From positions 1,441 through 65,440 of the forward strand of contig WRIB01000002.1 in the NCBI GenBank assembly GCA_009782955.1: 64,000 nucleotides of DNA, read 5' to 3'. Source of the stretch: Treponema sp. (lineage in GTDB: Bacteria > Spirochaetota > Spirochaetia > Treponematales > Breznakiellaceae). The position numbers were made by a program, and so were the translations under genes. The notes beneath the pieces are model-generated. The model ran no database searches, was not told the origin of the DNA, and saw only the letters and a list, made by a program, of their open reading frames with translations. Every line of letters begins with the position of its first letter. Positions within the stretch are counted from its first letter, which is position 1. This document shows, one piece after another, positions 17,032 through 26,103 of the stretch.

Positions 17032-19619
17032 ATTTTCTCCTTAATCTGCTCCGCTGCATTTTTTCCATTTTTATTTTCAAGAGTAATGAGGAACAAACCC
17101 TTTCCTTTGGTGTGTTTTTCCCATAATTCACCAATTAAAGCTTTTTCTTTGGTATCATCGATGGTAGCCAGGTGAGCCCCTTTATACTCAATTATTAATA
17201 TTCGCTCATCCTTTAATTTTACGATAAAATCGGGGTAAAAGTTATCTGTTGATGTAGGTAAATGAAATGAAGCAGGATGCCGTGATACATTTCGTAACCA
17301 ATATGCCGTTTCGCTTTCACTGTCAATGGCTTTGGCGCAACTGCATTCTTCTCCGTTTTCGCCGCCATCAAACATAGGGATTTTATCATTACCTAAAAAA
17401 TGTTTTTTAAATTTATATTTACCCTGATATAATGGTACACCATCATACATGCCAGCATAAAAATTGAGAGGCGTTTCAAAATCTATAATCTTGCGGCCAT
17501 CCTTTTCAAATAATTCAAATGATGTTGTACGGGCTTTTTTTCGCCCTTCTGCTATTTTAACTGACAGTTTATTAAGCAATGCATATTTTGCGATCATTAG
17601 TTTTGTAACAGAGATTTTCCTTTTTTCCGTTAAATACCGGATAATGCTGCCCAGCCAGAATACCATGTGCGATTGGGGTATATCATTCTGTTTTAATGAG
17701 TTGTCCAGCCAGTGAACCAGATTTGCTTCTGTCCATACATCAACGTCTGTCATATAAGGAAGGAGCTGATCTTTTCCGGTTTCGCTGTAACGCAAACGGT
17801 TTCCGTCAATATCAATAAAAAAGCCTTTTCCTGGTGTTTCTTCAATATTGAACTCAATGGAAGATAGTTCACAGGATGCATAATCTTTTATATTCCAATC
17901 AAACTGTTCAAAAATGGTTTCAGTATCCGCAAAAAGGAATTCACCCTGCGCTTCAAACAAGAGGCGCGGAATCGAAAACTTCTCTCCTTTGGAAGCAGGG
18001 GATTGTTCTATTGGGGTTGATTTATAGTTCCTGAATTTCCAGATAAGATCTGCCGCTTCCCTTGAACTTATTTTTTGGCAGACTTTTTCTATATCCGATT
18101 CGGTGGTTTCCAGTGTAAAGAATAACGTATTATTTTTATCCAGTTCAATTGATGACGGCAATGCATTTTTATCTATATGTCCACTTAGTTTAAATTGATT
18201 GGGGGAGGTGCCCCAATTGGGGTTTAAGGTAAATTCCGCCGGGGGTTCCTGCTGAATGCTTGCCTGAGCCTCGTCATCGTCAAAGCCTTTATTAATGAGC
18301 TTTTCGGTAAGGGCCTTCGCAGCCTCGCCAAAATGGGGGGAAACAACATAGGCGTATGCTTTATTAAGCGAAGGCTCTTTCCGTTCTTTTGCATAGGGCA
18401 TCCGCATAACCCGGCCAAGCAGCTGTTCAACCGAGGTATCACTTTTAATATTGGCAAGGGAACACAGAACATAAGCAAAACTGCAATCCCACCCTTCTTT
18501 TAAGGCTTCTACGGTTATAATAAAGCGAGTAGGTTCATCGGGATTGAATAAGTCGATATCATCCAGTTGTTTTTGTTCGCCTGTGGCGATTTTTATCTGG
18601 TTTTCCGGAAGGTTTGCGGTTTCCAGAAGATAGTTTTTAAGAACATCAACAGTAACTTCTTTATCTTTACTTTGGGCCTGAAACAGGAGGATTGGACGGA
18701 TATACTCTCTTTCTTTCTGTGCGTCCTTTTCCAGGGCAGCACGGCGGGCGATTGCTTCATCAACAGCAAGTTCCCAACCGGAATGTTCCACAAGAGCAAT
18801 GGGAAGTTTTATCATTTCCTCTTCTTTAAGTTCCGCTGCCCTGACATTGTAAATCGTATTGTTATTGGGACGTGGTGTTGCGGTAAATTCCACGATAGTA
18901 GCAGGATTAATCCGTCGCTGGGTTTCCTGTGACAGATCGGTTACTACCTTATGAGCTTCATCAACTATCATTATCGGGCGGTGGTACAACAGCAGATTGG
19001 CGAAAGAATATTTAGGACGATCATAATCCGGGCTTGCTTCCATTACAGAAAAACATGCAGTGGGTATTTTGGCGAAATGGTCTTCGTAATTCTCGTTGTC
19101 TTTATAGACATTGTATTTACTTGTATCTTCTTTTACAAAAGATTGTATTGTAGAAACAATAATACATGCATTGGCGGAAATATCCATGGGGCGGATGTTG
19201 CATTTTTCATCCAGGTCAAAAATTCTTACTTTTCCGGCGAACTGATCATCAAGAACCTGACGGTACGGATGGCGCGGGTTTTTCAGGGCTTCGATGGTTT
19301 GCCTTCGTATGGTATCTGAGGGGACAAACCAGAGGGCAAGAGGATAGTCCTTGCCGCACCAGACTTGAGAAATTACCTTTATGGAATGTGCAGCAAGGAT
19401 GGTTTTTCCGCCTCCGGTTGGAATCTTAATGCAGACCCGCGGAGTATTTGGTATTGCGTCCCATGTGGTGTATCCGTTTCTTACATTAACAAGGCGGGAT
19501 GCTATCTCACTTTCTCCGGTTATCTTTTTGAACGCTTCGGTATGTCCCATGATACGGCAATATTCGAAAAATCTTTTCAGGGTGTCCAATGAATTTTGCT
19601 GATAGTTTTTAAGCTGCAT
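17013..19619 (-). CDS. res: Type III restriction enzyme Res subunit (SF2 helicase plus PD-(D/E)xK nuclease)
   Basis: Walker [13 protein letters not shown] box IVDEAHK, C-terminal FYPDF...IIEYKG nuclease motif. Lies 1 nt downstream of the mod stop. Confidence 0.88.
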   Translation of the reverse strand: MQLKNYQQNSLDTLKRFFEYCRIMGHTEAFKKITGESEIASRLVNVRNGYTTWDAIPNTPRVCIKIPTGGGKTILAAHSIKVISQVWCGKDYPLALWFVPSDTIRRQTIEALKNPRHPYRQVLDDQFAGKVRIFDLDEKCNIRPMDISANACIIVSTIQSFVKEDTSKYNVYKDNENYEDHFAKIPTACFSVMEASPDYDRPKYSFANLLLYHRPIMIVDEAHKVVTDLSQETQRRINPATIVEFTATPRPNNNTIYNVRAAELKEEEMIKLPIALVEHSGWELAVDEAIARRAALEKDAQKEREYIRPILLFQAQSKDKEVTVDVLKNYLLETANLPENQIKIATGEQKQLDDIDLFNPDEPTRFIITVEALKEGWDCSFAYVLCSLANIKSDTSVEQLLGRVMRMPYAKERKEPSLNKAYAYVVSPHFGEAAKALTEKLINKGFDDDEAQASIQQEPPAEFTLNPNWGTSPNQFKLSGHIDKNALPSSIELDKNNTLFFTLETTESDIEKVCQKISSREAADLIWKFRNYKSTPIEQSPASKGEKFSIPRLLFEAQGEFLFADTETIFEQFDWNIKDYASCELSSIEFNIEETPGKGFFIDIDGNRLRYSETGKDQLLPYMTDVDVWTEANLVHWLDNSLKQNDIPQSHMVFWLGSIIRYLTEKRKISVTKLMIAKYALLNKLSVKIAEGRKKARTTSFELFEKDGRKIIDFETPLNFYAGMYDGVPLYQGKYKFKKHFLGNDKIPMFDGGENGEECSCAKAIDSESETAYWLRNVSRHPASFHLPTSTDNFYPDFIVKLKDERILIIEYKGAHLATIDDTKEKALIGELWEKHTKGKGLFLITLENKNGKNAAEQIKEKICHSYK

Positions 19620-19620
19620 A

Positions 19621-21180
19621 CTACCAGACCTTTATTTCGTAAGGAATTTGTTTAAATACAATACCGTTGGATTTAACGGCAGCATGAGGCAGGCGGGTTG
19701 CCTCGCCGTATATAATCAATTTGCTAAAAGACAGGTTCTGACCCTTCTTCTTTGATGCAGCTTCAATGCTGTTCATAATATGGTTTAGGGTAATATGGGT
19801 CAGGACATTGCCACCGCCGGGACTTTTGTCGCCCAAAATGCCGTTGTAAAGAAGCGCGTATGCGGTGCCGTTGTGAATGCCTAAAAACGCGGATTTCTTT
19901 TTTGGTTTTTTCATGGGGGTTTTTGTTTCGGTAAAGAAAATATGCGCGGCCAAATTTTCAAAAGATATATCGCTTTTTATCCGCTGGTCACTGTTAAAAA
20001 CTGCTTCGCCCAGTGTGAAAAAGCGGAAACCGCCGCCGCCTTTCCAGCTCACAGCTTCGGATATTCCGCCCTGCTCACCGTCTATTACTTTTTTTAGACG
20101 GACGGCGCAGTGGGTCTTTGCCTGTTCACCCATTTCCACGCCGATGTAACGCCTGCCCATTTTGTGTGCAACGGCGGCTGTTGTGCCGGAGCCAAGGAAG
20201 GAGTCAAGGACGAGATCGCAGGGGTTGGTGGCTATGTGGATTATGCGCTGGATTAATCGTTCCGGTTTTGGGGTGGAGAAAGTACTTGTATTGCCAAATA
20301 GTTTTATGATTTCGCGTTTAGCTTCTTGATTATGACCAACATCAGAGCTTGACCACCATGTATCACCTTTGCGTCCATCCATTACATCACAAAGAAATCT
20401 TTTTTTTCGAGGAAAAGCAGTTCCATCTTTACCAAACCATATTCTATTTTCTGCAATTAGTTCTTCCATATTCTTTTTTGAATATACCCAATGCTTACCT
20501 TTTGGAACATTAAATACCTTATTTGATATGGGAGAAACTACATCATAATATCCGTTAGTACGCTCTTCGCTTGCAACCAAATCACCTGATTGCCAAGCAC
20601 CGCGAGGATCATTATCAGGATTTTGATACCTGCTGTTCATTTTCTCTGTTCTTTGCAAAAGATTAAATTTTACCTGTTCTTTGTTTTTTGAATACAAAAG
20701 AATAAAATCATGGTTTTCAGATAGATATTTAGCATCATTTTTTATACTATGGATTTTCTGCCATAAAATTGTAGTAATAAAATTTGACCTTCCAAAGGTT
20801 TCATCGCATATCACTTTTGCGTAGGCTTGTTCATTATCATCAATTTGAAAAAATAAAACCCCATCTTCCCGTAAAAATTGTTTTAACAACTCCAGCCGGG
20901 GGTACATTATCGAAAGCCATAATGTATGTTCCATGTTGTCGTCATAATGTTCAAATGCCGAGCCGGTATTATACGGTGGGTCAATGTAAATGCATTTTAC
21001 CTGTCCGGCATAGAAAGGGAGTAAGGCTTTGAGGGCTTCAAGGTTGTCGCCCTGCACTATGAGATTGCCGCTGTCCGGATCGCCGTAACTGTATTTTTCA
21101 TCCTCTGCCAGGAGGCGGTATTCTGTTTTGGAAGCGGCTTTGAGATCAGATTTTTTTGTAAGCCAGGATAGAGTTGGCAA
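19621..21180 (-). CDS. mod: Type III R-M Mod subunit (beta-class N6-adenine/N4-cytosine DNA methyltransferase)
   Basis: Motif IV IYIDPPYNTG precedes motif I VLDSFLGSGTTAAVA (beta-class order). Sits immediately upstream of res. Confidence 0.88.
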   Translation of the reverse strand: MPTLSWLTKKSDLKAASKTEYRLLAEDEKYSYGDPDSGNLIVQGDNLEALKALLPFYAGQVKCIYIDPPYNTGSAFEHYDDNMEHTLWLSIMYPRLELLKQFLREDGVLFFQIDDNEQAYAKVICDETFGRSNFITTILWQKIHSIKNDAKYLSENHDFILLYSKNKEQVKFNLLQRTEKMNSRYQNPDNDPRGAWQSGDLVASEERTNGYYDVVSPISNKVFNVPKGKHWVYSKKNMEELIAENRIWFGKDGTAFPRKKRFLCDVMDGRKGDTWWSSSDVGHNQEAKREIIKLFGNTSTFSTPKPERLIQRIIHIATNPCDLVLDSFLGSGTTAAVAHKMGRRYIGVEMGEQAKTHCAVRLKKVIDGEQGGISEAVSWKGGGGFRFFTLGEAVFNSDQRIKSDISFENLAAHIFFTETKTPMKKPKKKSAFLGIHNGTAYALLYNGILGDKSPGGGNVLTHITLNHIMNSIEAASKKKGQNLSFSKLIIYGEATRLPHAAVKSNGIVFKQIPYEIKVW

Positions 21181-21283
21181 TTTATATATCCCTGAATTAG
21201 GAAATTATGATAATACCATATGTTTTAATATAATGTCTATATCATATTTTGCCAATTGATGATGACATCCTATTCTTAATATT

Positions 21284-21661
21284 ATGGAGAAACCACCGTA
21301 TTTACGTGAGATTCTTGCCCAAAATATCAAAAATGCCCGTATCTCATTGTGTATTACTCAGGAAAAGCTTGCGGAGTATGCTTCGATTTCTGTCCCATAT
21401 ATGCGGGATATTGAATACTGTAAATCCTGGGTGAGTGATGAAACCTTGGATAAGATCGCCAAGGCATTAAGTATGGAAGCTTACGAATTACTTATTCCTC
21501 AAAAACCGCATGAGGGAGGAAAATCCGATCAGAATAAAGCCGCTTTACGGAAAACAACAGAATTAATCATTGCAAAGAAAAAAGAATTAAGAAAAAAAGC
21601 GGGAGAAATGATGGATGAACTTATGCATGAAATTATACAGATACATGGCAAAGGTAAATGA
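21284..21661 (+). CDS. XRE-family HTH transcriptional regulator (possible R-M controller)
   Basis: HTH_3-like LREILAQNIKNARISLCITQEKLAEYASISVPYMRDIE. Divergent from mod, with a 103-bp shared intergenic region. Confidence 0.75.
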   Translation: MEKPPYLREILAQNIKNARISLCITQEKLAEYASISVPYMRDIEYCKSWVSDETLDKIAKALSMEAYELLIPQKPHEGGKSDQNKAALRKTTELIIAKKKELRKKAGEMMDELMHEIIQIHGKGK

Positions 21662-21701
21662 CGGGGGGATTCTTTTATCAGCGAGGTATAGAGGACAAAG
21701 C

Positions 21702-22772
21702 TTATTTCTTTTTTATGGCCATGACATAAGTCATTACATTATCACCATAAGGTGTTAATGTCCAATAAGCACCTGCGTCTTTGACACTGCGAGTTTTCTT
21801 GCTTTGAGTAATCAAACCAAGAGATCTCAATTGGATTTTAATTGTTTGAAAATCTGTATCAATTACTTTAAAACCGGATAATTCCTTTTTGGAGTAATTA
21901 TCTTCATTTTTTTCTTTTTTCTGAAAAAGAGAAACGTAATTTGTTTCATATATAAGTCTATTTATTTGTATTTTCATCGTGCCTTCGTTTGCTTCATTTA
22001 GCAAAACAGGAGAAATGTACGAAAAAATTTTATTCCAGCTCAACACAGCAACAGCATCAGACGATAATTTTGCATCAGCATAACTTTTATCATTAATGTC
22101 TTTCCAATATTTAATCTCATAACTATAATTTATTTCAAATAAATCATCACCATGTGCTAAATTCTCTGAACCTGCAGGAGCTTTATTTGATACAGATTCG
22201 ATTTGTCTTTCCAATTCACTTATACGATTTCGCTGTTTCAATATCTCCGAAGAAGAGTCCTCATCTGGGACTAAATCAGCGCGAACATAACCAATTGCAG
22301 GATGATTTTCTATGGCATAAAATAAACTAGAAACTGCTTTTAATTGTAATTCTTCGTGATTCTCCCAAAATTCTACTACTCGACCTTTTTTTGCTTTCTC
22401 TCGAAATGAATCCAGTTTTTTCCGCATTTCAGCATTTTCTTCTGATTTACCAAAAGGAATTGCATCTGGATTCTTATGTATTAAACAAATAATGTCTAAT
22501 CCTTTATCTTTCGCATAATCATATTCTTTTTCGGTATAACTTATTCCATCTGAAGAAGTCGAACCATATCTACCGCCAATAATTAATAAATAATAATCGC
22601 TTTCATCTATTCTCTTTTTAATAAATTCCAATTGTTCTTCATCTACTGCAGGAAATAATTCCATTCCAGCAGGAATACAATTTACCTTCATTAATACACG
22701 CATTACATGATCACGCTCTTCTTTTAGATCATCATATGTTGAACTTAAAAAAACCTGATAACGTTTTTTCAT
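21702..22772 (-). CDS. DUF4062 (TIR-like) N-terminal domain protein with coiled coil and unassigned C-terminal half, 356 aa
   Basis: YQVFLSSTYDDLKEER, IIGGRYGS and SYTEKEY blocks match my recollection of the DUF4062 signature. Residues about 170-200 look like coiled coil (ILKQRNRISELERQIESVS). The C-terminal 150 aa have no recognisable motif. AGAGGA SD sequence 6 nt upstream. Confidence 0.7.
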   Translation of the reverse strand: MKKRYQVFLSSTYDDLKEERDHVMRVLMKVNCIPAGMELFPAVDEEQLEFIKKRIDESDYYLLIIGGRYGSTSSDGISYTEKEYDYAKDKGLDIICLIHKNPDAIPFGKSEENAEMRKKLDSFREKAKKGRVVEFWENHEELQLKAVSSLFYAIENHPAIGYVRADLVPDEDSSSEILKQRNRISELERQIESVSNKAPAGSENLAHGDDLFEINYSYEIKYWKDINDKSYADAKLSSDAVAVLSWNKIFSYISPVLLNEANEGTMKIQINRLIYETNYVSLFQKKEKNEDNYSKKELSGFKVIDTDFQTIKIQLRSLGLITQSKKTRSVKDAGAYWTLTPYGDNVMTYVMAIKKK

Positions 22773-22865
22773 TATTTATCCTCTTTTTCTGGTTCTCAAA
22801 GTATTCCTTTAGTTTTTCAATTTTATCTAACAATAATATCTATTATTAGAGACAGATCATTATCA

Positions 22866-23189
22866 TTAAGCGGCATATATTATTTCCCGTGTTGACAGTA
22901 TTTTATTTTTCCTTATTGGATTTTTCAAAGATTCCTTTTCAACAACATCGACTTCCCTGTTTAGTGTCATGGAAAATTCTTTTTCCAATTCCATTATATC
23001 AAATAAATTTATTTTTGAATTTTGATCAAATGATACAAGAATATCCACATCGCTTTTTTGAGTGAAATCATCACGAATTGATGAGCCAAATACTGATAAT
23101 TCAATAATTTGATATTTTTTGCATACACTAACTATGTCATCAATCCTAAAAAAAATACCGTTTTTTCGTAATTTTTCCATTGCTTCCAT
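22866..23189 (-). CDS. Minimal nucleotidyltransferase (MntA-like, type VII TA antitoxin family)
   Basis: FGSSIRDDFTQKSDVDILVSF is the GSxxR...SDxDhhV Pol-beta-type NTase motif. 107 aa. AGAGGA SD sequence 5 nt upstream. No HEPN/DUF86 ORF adjacent. Confidence 0.8.
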   Translation of the reverse strand: MEAMEKLRKNGIFFRIDDIVSVCKKYQIIELSVFGSSIRDDFTQKSDVDILVSFDQNSKINLFDIMELEKEFSMTLNREVDVVEKESLKNPIRKNKILSTREIIYAA

Positions 23190-23220
23190 AAAAATCCTCT
23201 ATAAAAAGTATTGCCGTATA

Positions 23221-23237
23221 ATTGTGTTTTACACAAT
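23221..23237. promoter_or_regulatory. Perfect palindrome ATTGTGT-ttt-ACACAAT upstream of the MNT gene (candidate operator)
   Basis: 7-bp arms with a 3-nt spacer, lying 32 nt upstream of the MNT ATG and 14 nt downstream of the higA-immA stop. Confidence 0.45.
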
Positions 23238-23250
23238 ATCCCTGCACAAC

Positions 23251-24357
23251 CTACCCATTTACCCACTCATACCTCACCTTAAGCCCATTACCCCAGTTCC
23301 TGGGCATTTTTTTGTCATGTTGCAATCTGCCCACAACAATACCGGGTGCAATACCAATACTTACCGCGAATTTTTCTACCTGGGCCAATGTTGGGCTAAA
23401 AACAGATGCAAGAAAATTTTCCAGTTGTTCCGGCGGTACTAGAATATCACAGGCAAAAGCATTTGCTTCAATTTCATTTTTATTTTCCAGACCTTTTCCT
23501 TCAATATAAAGCTCCCTGTTAGGGTGCTTAATTATATGGCAAGCTTCGTGGAAAACAGTAAACCACAGTTGGTCATTACTTTTACCATATAAACTTAACT
23601 GCATGATGTATTTGTCATTAAGCTGGCGTGTTGCTCCATAAATACCAAGCCTGGGAAGCGCGGGGATAAAAACAATAGCTATTCCGGAAGCTGCGCAAAT
23701 TGATGTTAGTTTCGGAACAAACACCTTTGGATCTTCTACGGTAAGCTTGCGAATTTCCGAAAGGCTGTTTTGGAAATTCTTTTTATCAATCTGAGCGCAG
23801 CGTAGTTGATGCGCTTCAATCTCGCCTCTACGCAGCCATGCTGAAATTATTGCAGAATCTTTTTGAGAACTTTCTGTTTTGCGAAAAGCAGCCTGTAATT
23901 CGCGAACCCAAACTGTTTCCCATTGCTGCGGAGAAGCTACAGCAAAAAATCTCAGGAGTGCGTCAATTTGCTGAACCTTACCTTTACACTTTTCTATCCA
24001 GCCGAATTCTGTCATTTTGTTCACAGGGAAAAGATCGCGCCAATGCAGGAATTCTTCTAATCGTAATTTATCGGCAAGCCGCGTTTTATCTTCCTGATAC
24101 TGACGCTCAAGGTTACTCCAAAAATGTGCAGGGCGACCCAAAGTACGTTCAAATTTTAAAGCTGTTTCCGCTGTAATGGCGGATTTTGCTTTGACTATTT
24201 CGTTTATCGTCTTTTTTGACAACCCTGTCCGATCCGCAAGAGATGCCTGCGTAAGCCCTGCATTTTCAAGATAATCCTCCAAAACTTCGCCTGGAGTGAC
24301 CATATAATCGGGAACATATTCATTAACTGTCTGAATCTTATTCATGGGTATCCTCAA
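23251..24357 (-). CDS. HigA-type HTH antitoxin fused to an ImmA/IrrE (COG2856) zinc metallopeptidase domain
   Basis: N-terminus TPGEVLEDYLENAGLTQASLADRTGLSKKTINEIVKAKSAITAETALKFERTLGRPAHFWSNLERQY (HigA/VapI-like). HEACH (HExxH) at FHEACHIIKH. Overlaps higB by 20 nt. Confidence 0.8.
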   Translation of the reverse strand: MRIPMNKIQTVNEYVPDYMVTPGEVLEDYLENAGLTQASLADRTGLSKKTINEIVKAKSAITAETALKFERTLGRPAHFWSNLERQYQEDKTRLADKLRLEEFLHWRDLFPVNKMTEFGWIEKCKGKVQQIDALLRFFAVASPQQWETVWVRELQAAFRKTESSQKDSAIISAWLRRGEIEAHQLRCAQIDKKNFQNSLSEIRKLTVEDPKVFVPKLTSICAASGIAIVFIPALPRLGIYGATRQLNDKYIMQLSLYGKSNDQLWFTVFHEACHIIKHPNRELYIEGKGLENKNEIEANAFACDILVPPEQLENFLASVFSPTLAQVEKFAVSIGIAPGIVVGRLQHDKKMPRNWGNGLKVRYEWVNG

Positions 24358-24682
24358 TTCCTAAAATTGTAATAGCCGTTACCTGTTTCCAGTCAAGTCC
24401 GCCATCTAGCATTTGCGGAATCGGCTTGTGATTGGGAACAAAAATGAGCCGGTACGGATGATCCAAATCAACTGATATCTGCCCTTTACGTTCCCCTGTC
24501 AATTCATGGCACCGACCAGGGCCGGTTTTAGGAGGCCAAAAGTCATTCAGACATGAAGCCGCCATGAATTCGGTTAGCCTAATGCGAATTTTCTTGGCCC
24601 TAAGGCTTCCATGGACTTTCTCAAGCATTTTCCCTTCGTTAAACTCTTTTTTCAACTTCGTACTCTTAAAAGATATATCCAA
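24338..24682 (-). CDS. higB: HigB-like toxin (plasmid maintenance system killer, RelE/ParE superfamily)
   Basis: SFKSTKLKKEF...AKKIRIRL..., H.LTGERKGQISVDLD.PYRLIF pattern. TTG start with GAGG 5 nt upstream. Confidence 0.75.
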   Translation of the reverse strand: MDISFKSTKLKKEFNEGKMLEKVHGSLRAKKIRIRLTEFMAASCLNDFWPPKTGPGRCHELTGERKGQISVDLDHPYRLIFVPNHKPIPQMLDGGLDWKQVTAITILGIEDTHE

Positions 24683-24703
24683 ACCTGCCTCGTTGTCAAA
24701 TTA

Positions 24704-24724
24704 TATTAACCCAAAGGGTTAATA
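24704..24724. promoter_or_regulatory. Perfect palindrome TATTAACCC-aaa-GGGTTAATA (candidate HigA operator)
   Basis: 9-bp arms with a 3-nt spacer. On the minus strand it fills the spacer between a weak -35 (TTATTA) and a consensus TATAAT, about 20 nt upstream of higB. Confidence 0.6.
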
Positions 24725-24842
24725 ATAATCAAGTACTAATATCGACAAAGTTGATATAAAAATAAAGTCTTGGAATAGGCTTAGTTATATATTGCACTTC
24801 TTGTAAATTCCCAAAACCTGTAAAATCTTCTATACTACTCTC

Positions 24843-26063
24843 ATGTCAAAGATAACAATGAAAACACCCCTCGTCGAAATTGACGGGGACGAGATGACCC
24901 GCGTACTTTGGGAATTGGTAAAGGAAAAACTCCTCCTTCCCTTTATTGATCTAAAGACCGAATACTACGATTTGGGACTTTTAAACAGAGATGACACGGA
25001 CGATAAAGTCAGCGCCGAATCGGCACATGCCATATTGCGGCTGGGGGTTGGCGTTAAATGCGCAACCATTACCAGTAATTCCGCCCGTCAGGAAGAGTAC
25101 GGTCTAAAACATCTTCATCCCAGTCCAAATGCAACAATAAGGGCAATACTGGATGGTACGGTATTTCGTAAACCAATTACTGTTTCATGCATCAATCCCT
25201 CGGTAAGTACCTGGAAAGCGCCCATTGTTATTGGCCGTCATGCCTACGGTGATGTTTATAAAGCTGCCGAAATGGCAGTAGATGGTCCGGGCAAGGCAGA
25301 ACTTGTGTATACCGGGGAAAACGGAAAAGAACAGCGTATGACTGTAGCGGAATTTAAAGGCGCCGGAATTGTTCAGGGCATGCATAATTACGACAGTTCC
25401 ATCAGAAGTTTTGCCCGCGCCTGTTTTCTTTATGCCCTGGAAGAAAAACTCCCCATTTGGTTTGCCTCCAAGGATACCATATCCAAAATTTATGACGGCC
25501 GTTTTAAGGCGATTTTTGGGGAAGTGTACGAAACGGAGTTTAAAGAAAAATGCACCACAGCGGGAATAAGCTATTTTTATACCTTAATCGACGATGCCGT
25601 AGCCAGGGTGGTTAAGGGCGAAGGCGGTTTTCTCTGGGCCTGTAAAAACTACGACGGCGATGTAATGAGCGATATGATCGCCAGCGCCTCAGGAAGCCTG
25701 GCTATGATGACCAGTGTACTGGTTTCCCCTTCCGGGGTATTTGAATACGAAGCCGCCCATGGCACGGTTCAGCAGCACTACTACCGCTGGAAAAAAGGCG
25801 AGAAAACCAGCACTAACCCTGTTGCACTGATCTTTGCCTGGACCGGAGCGCTGGCAAAGCGGGCGGAACTGGATAATACGCCGGAACTGGCGGATTTTGC
25901 CAAAAAACTCGAAACCGCCGTGTTGCATACCATCGAAGAAGGGGAAATGACAAGCGACCTGGCAAAACTGGCAAATCCTGTGCCTGTAACAACGCTGAAC
26001 TCCTGGGAGTTTATTGAAGCTGTGAGACGTAGAATACAAGTATTGCAAGAAACCGGACTTTAG
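24843..26063 (+). CDS. icd: NADP-dependent isocitrate dehydrogenase (eukaryote-like about 400-aa type)
   Basis: N-terminus ...VEIDGDEMTRVLWELVKEKLLLPF closely parallels IDH1-type enzymes. 406 aa. Confidence 0.92.
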   Translation: MSKITMKTPLVEIDGDEMTRVLWELVKEKLLLPFIDLKTEYYDLGLLNRDDTDDKVSAESAHAILRLGVGVKCATITSNSARQEEYGLKHLHPSPNATIRAILDGTVFRKPITVSCINPSVSTWKAPIVIGRHAYGDVYKAAEMAVDGPGKAELVYTGENGKEQRMTVAEFKGAGIVQGMHNYDSSIRSFARACFLYALEEKLPIWFASKDTISKIYDGRFKAIFGEVYETEFKEKCTTAGISYFYTLIDDAVARVVKGEGGFLWACKNYDGDVMSDMIASASGSLAMMTSVLVSPSGVFEYEAAHGTVQQHYYRWKKGEKTSTNPVALIFAWTGALAKRAELDNTPELADFAKKLETAVLHTIEEGEMTSDLAKLANPVPVTTLNSWEFIEAVRRRIQVLQETGL

Positions 26064-26103
26064 TCTTATAATGAAAGAAATCCAATAAATCTCGAGGAAC
26101 AAA

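Noticed and set aside
19621-21180. Homopolymer tracts in mod (A7 on the coding strand near codons 8-10 at 21151-21157, and A8 at 20400-20407) as possible phase-variation switches
   Set aside because: Type III mod genes are often phase-variable. These runs are short and encode ordinary Lys-Lys dipeptides in an A+T-rich gene. There are no tetra- or pentanucleotide repeat tracts. Population sequencing would be needed before claiming slippage.
21702-22772. The possibility that the C-terminal half of the DUF4062 protein is a cryptic HEPN domain partnering the MNT
   Set aside because: I looked for an Rx4-6H motif. I found only RVVEFWENH (R-x7-H) in the N-terminal half and nothing convincing in the C-terminal half. 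HEPN identity is therefore not supported from sequence alone; a profile or structure search is needed.
22832-22847. The palindrome AATAATA-tc-TATTATT upstream of the DUF4062 gene as an operator
   Set aside because: It is a pure A/T palindrome in a very A+T-rich spacer, so it is easily explained by composition. I kept only the higher-complexity palindromes at 23221 and 24704.
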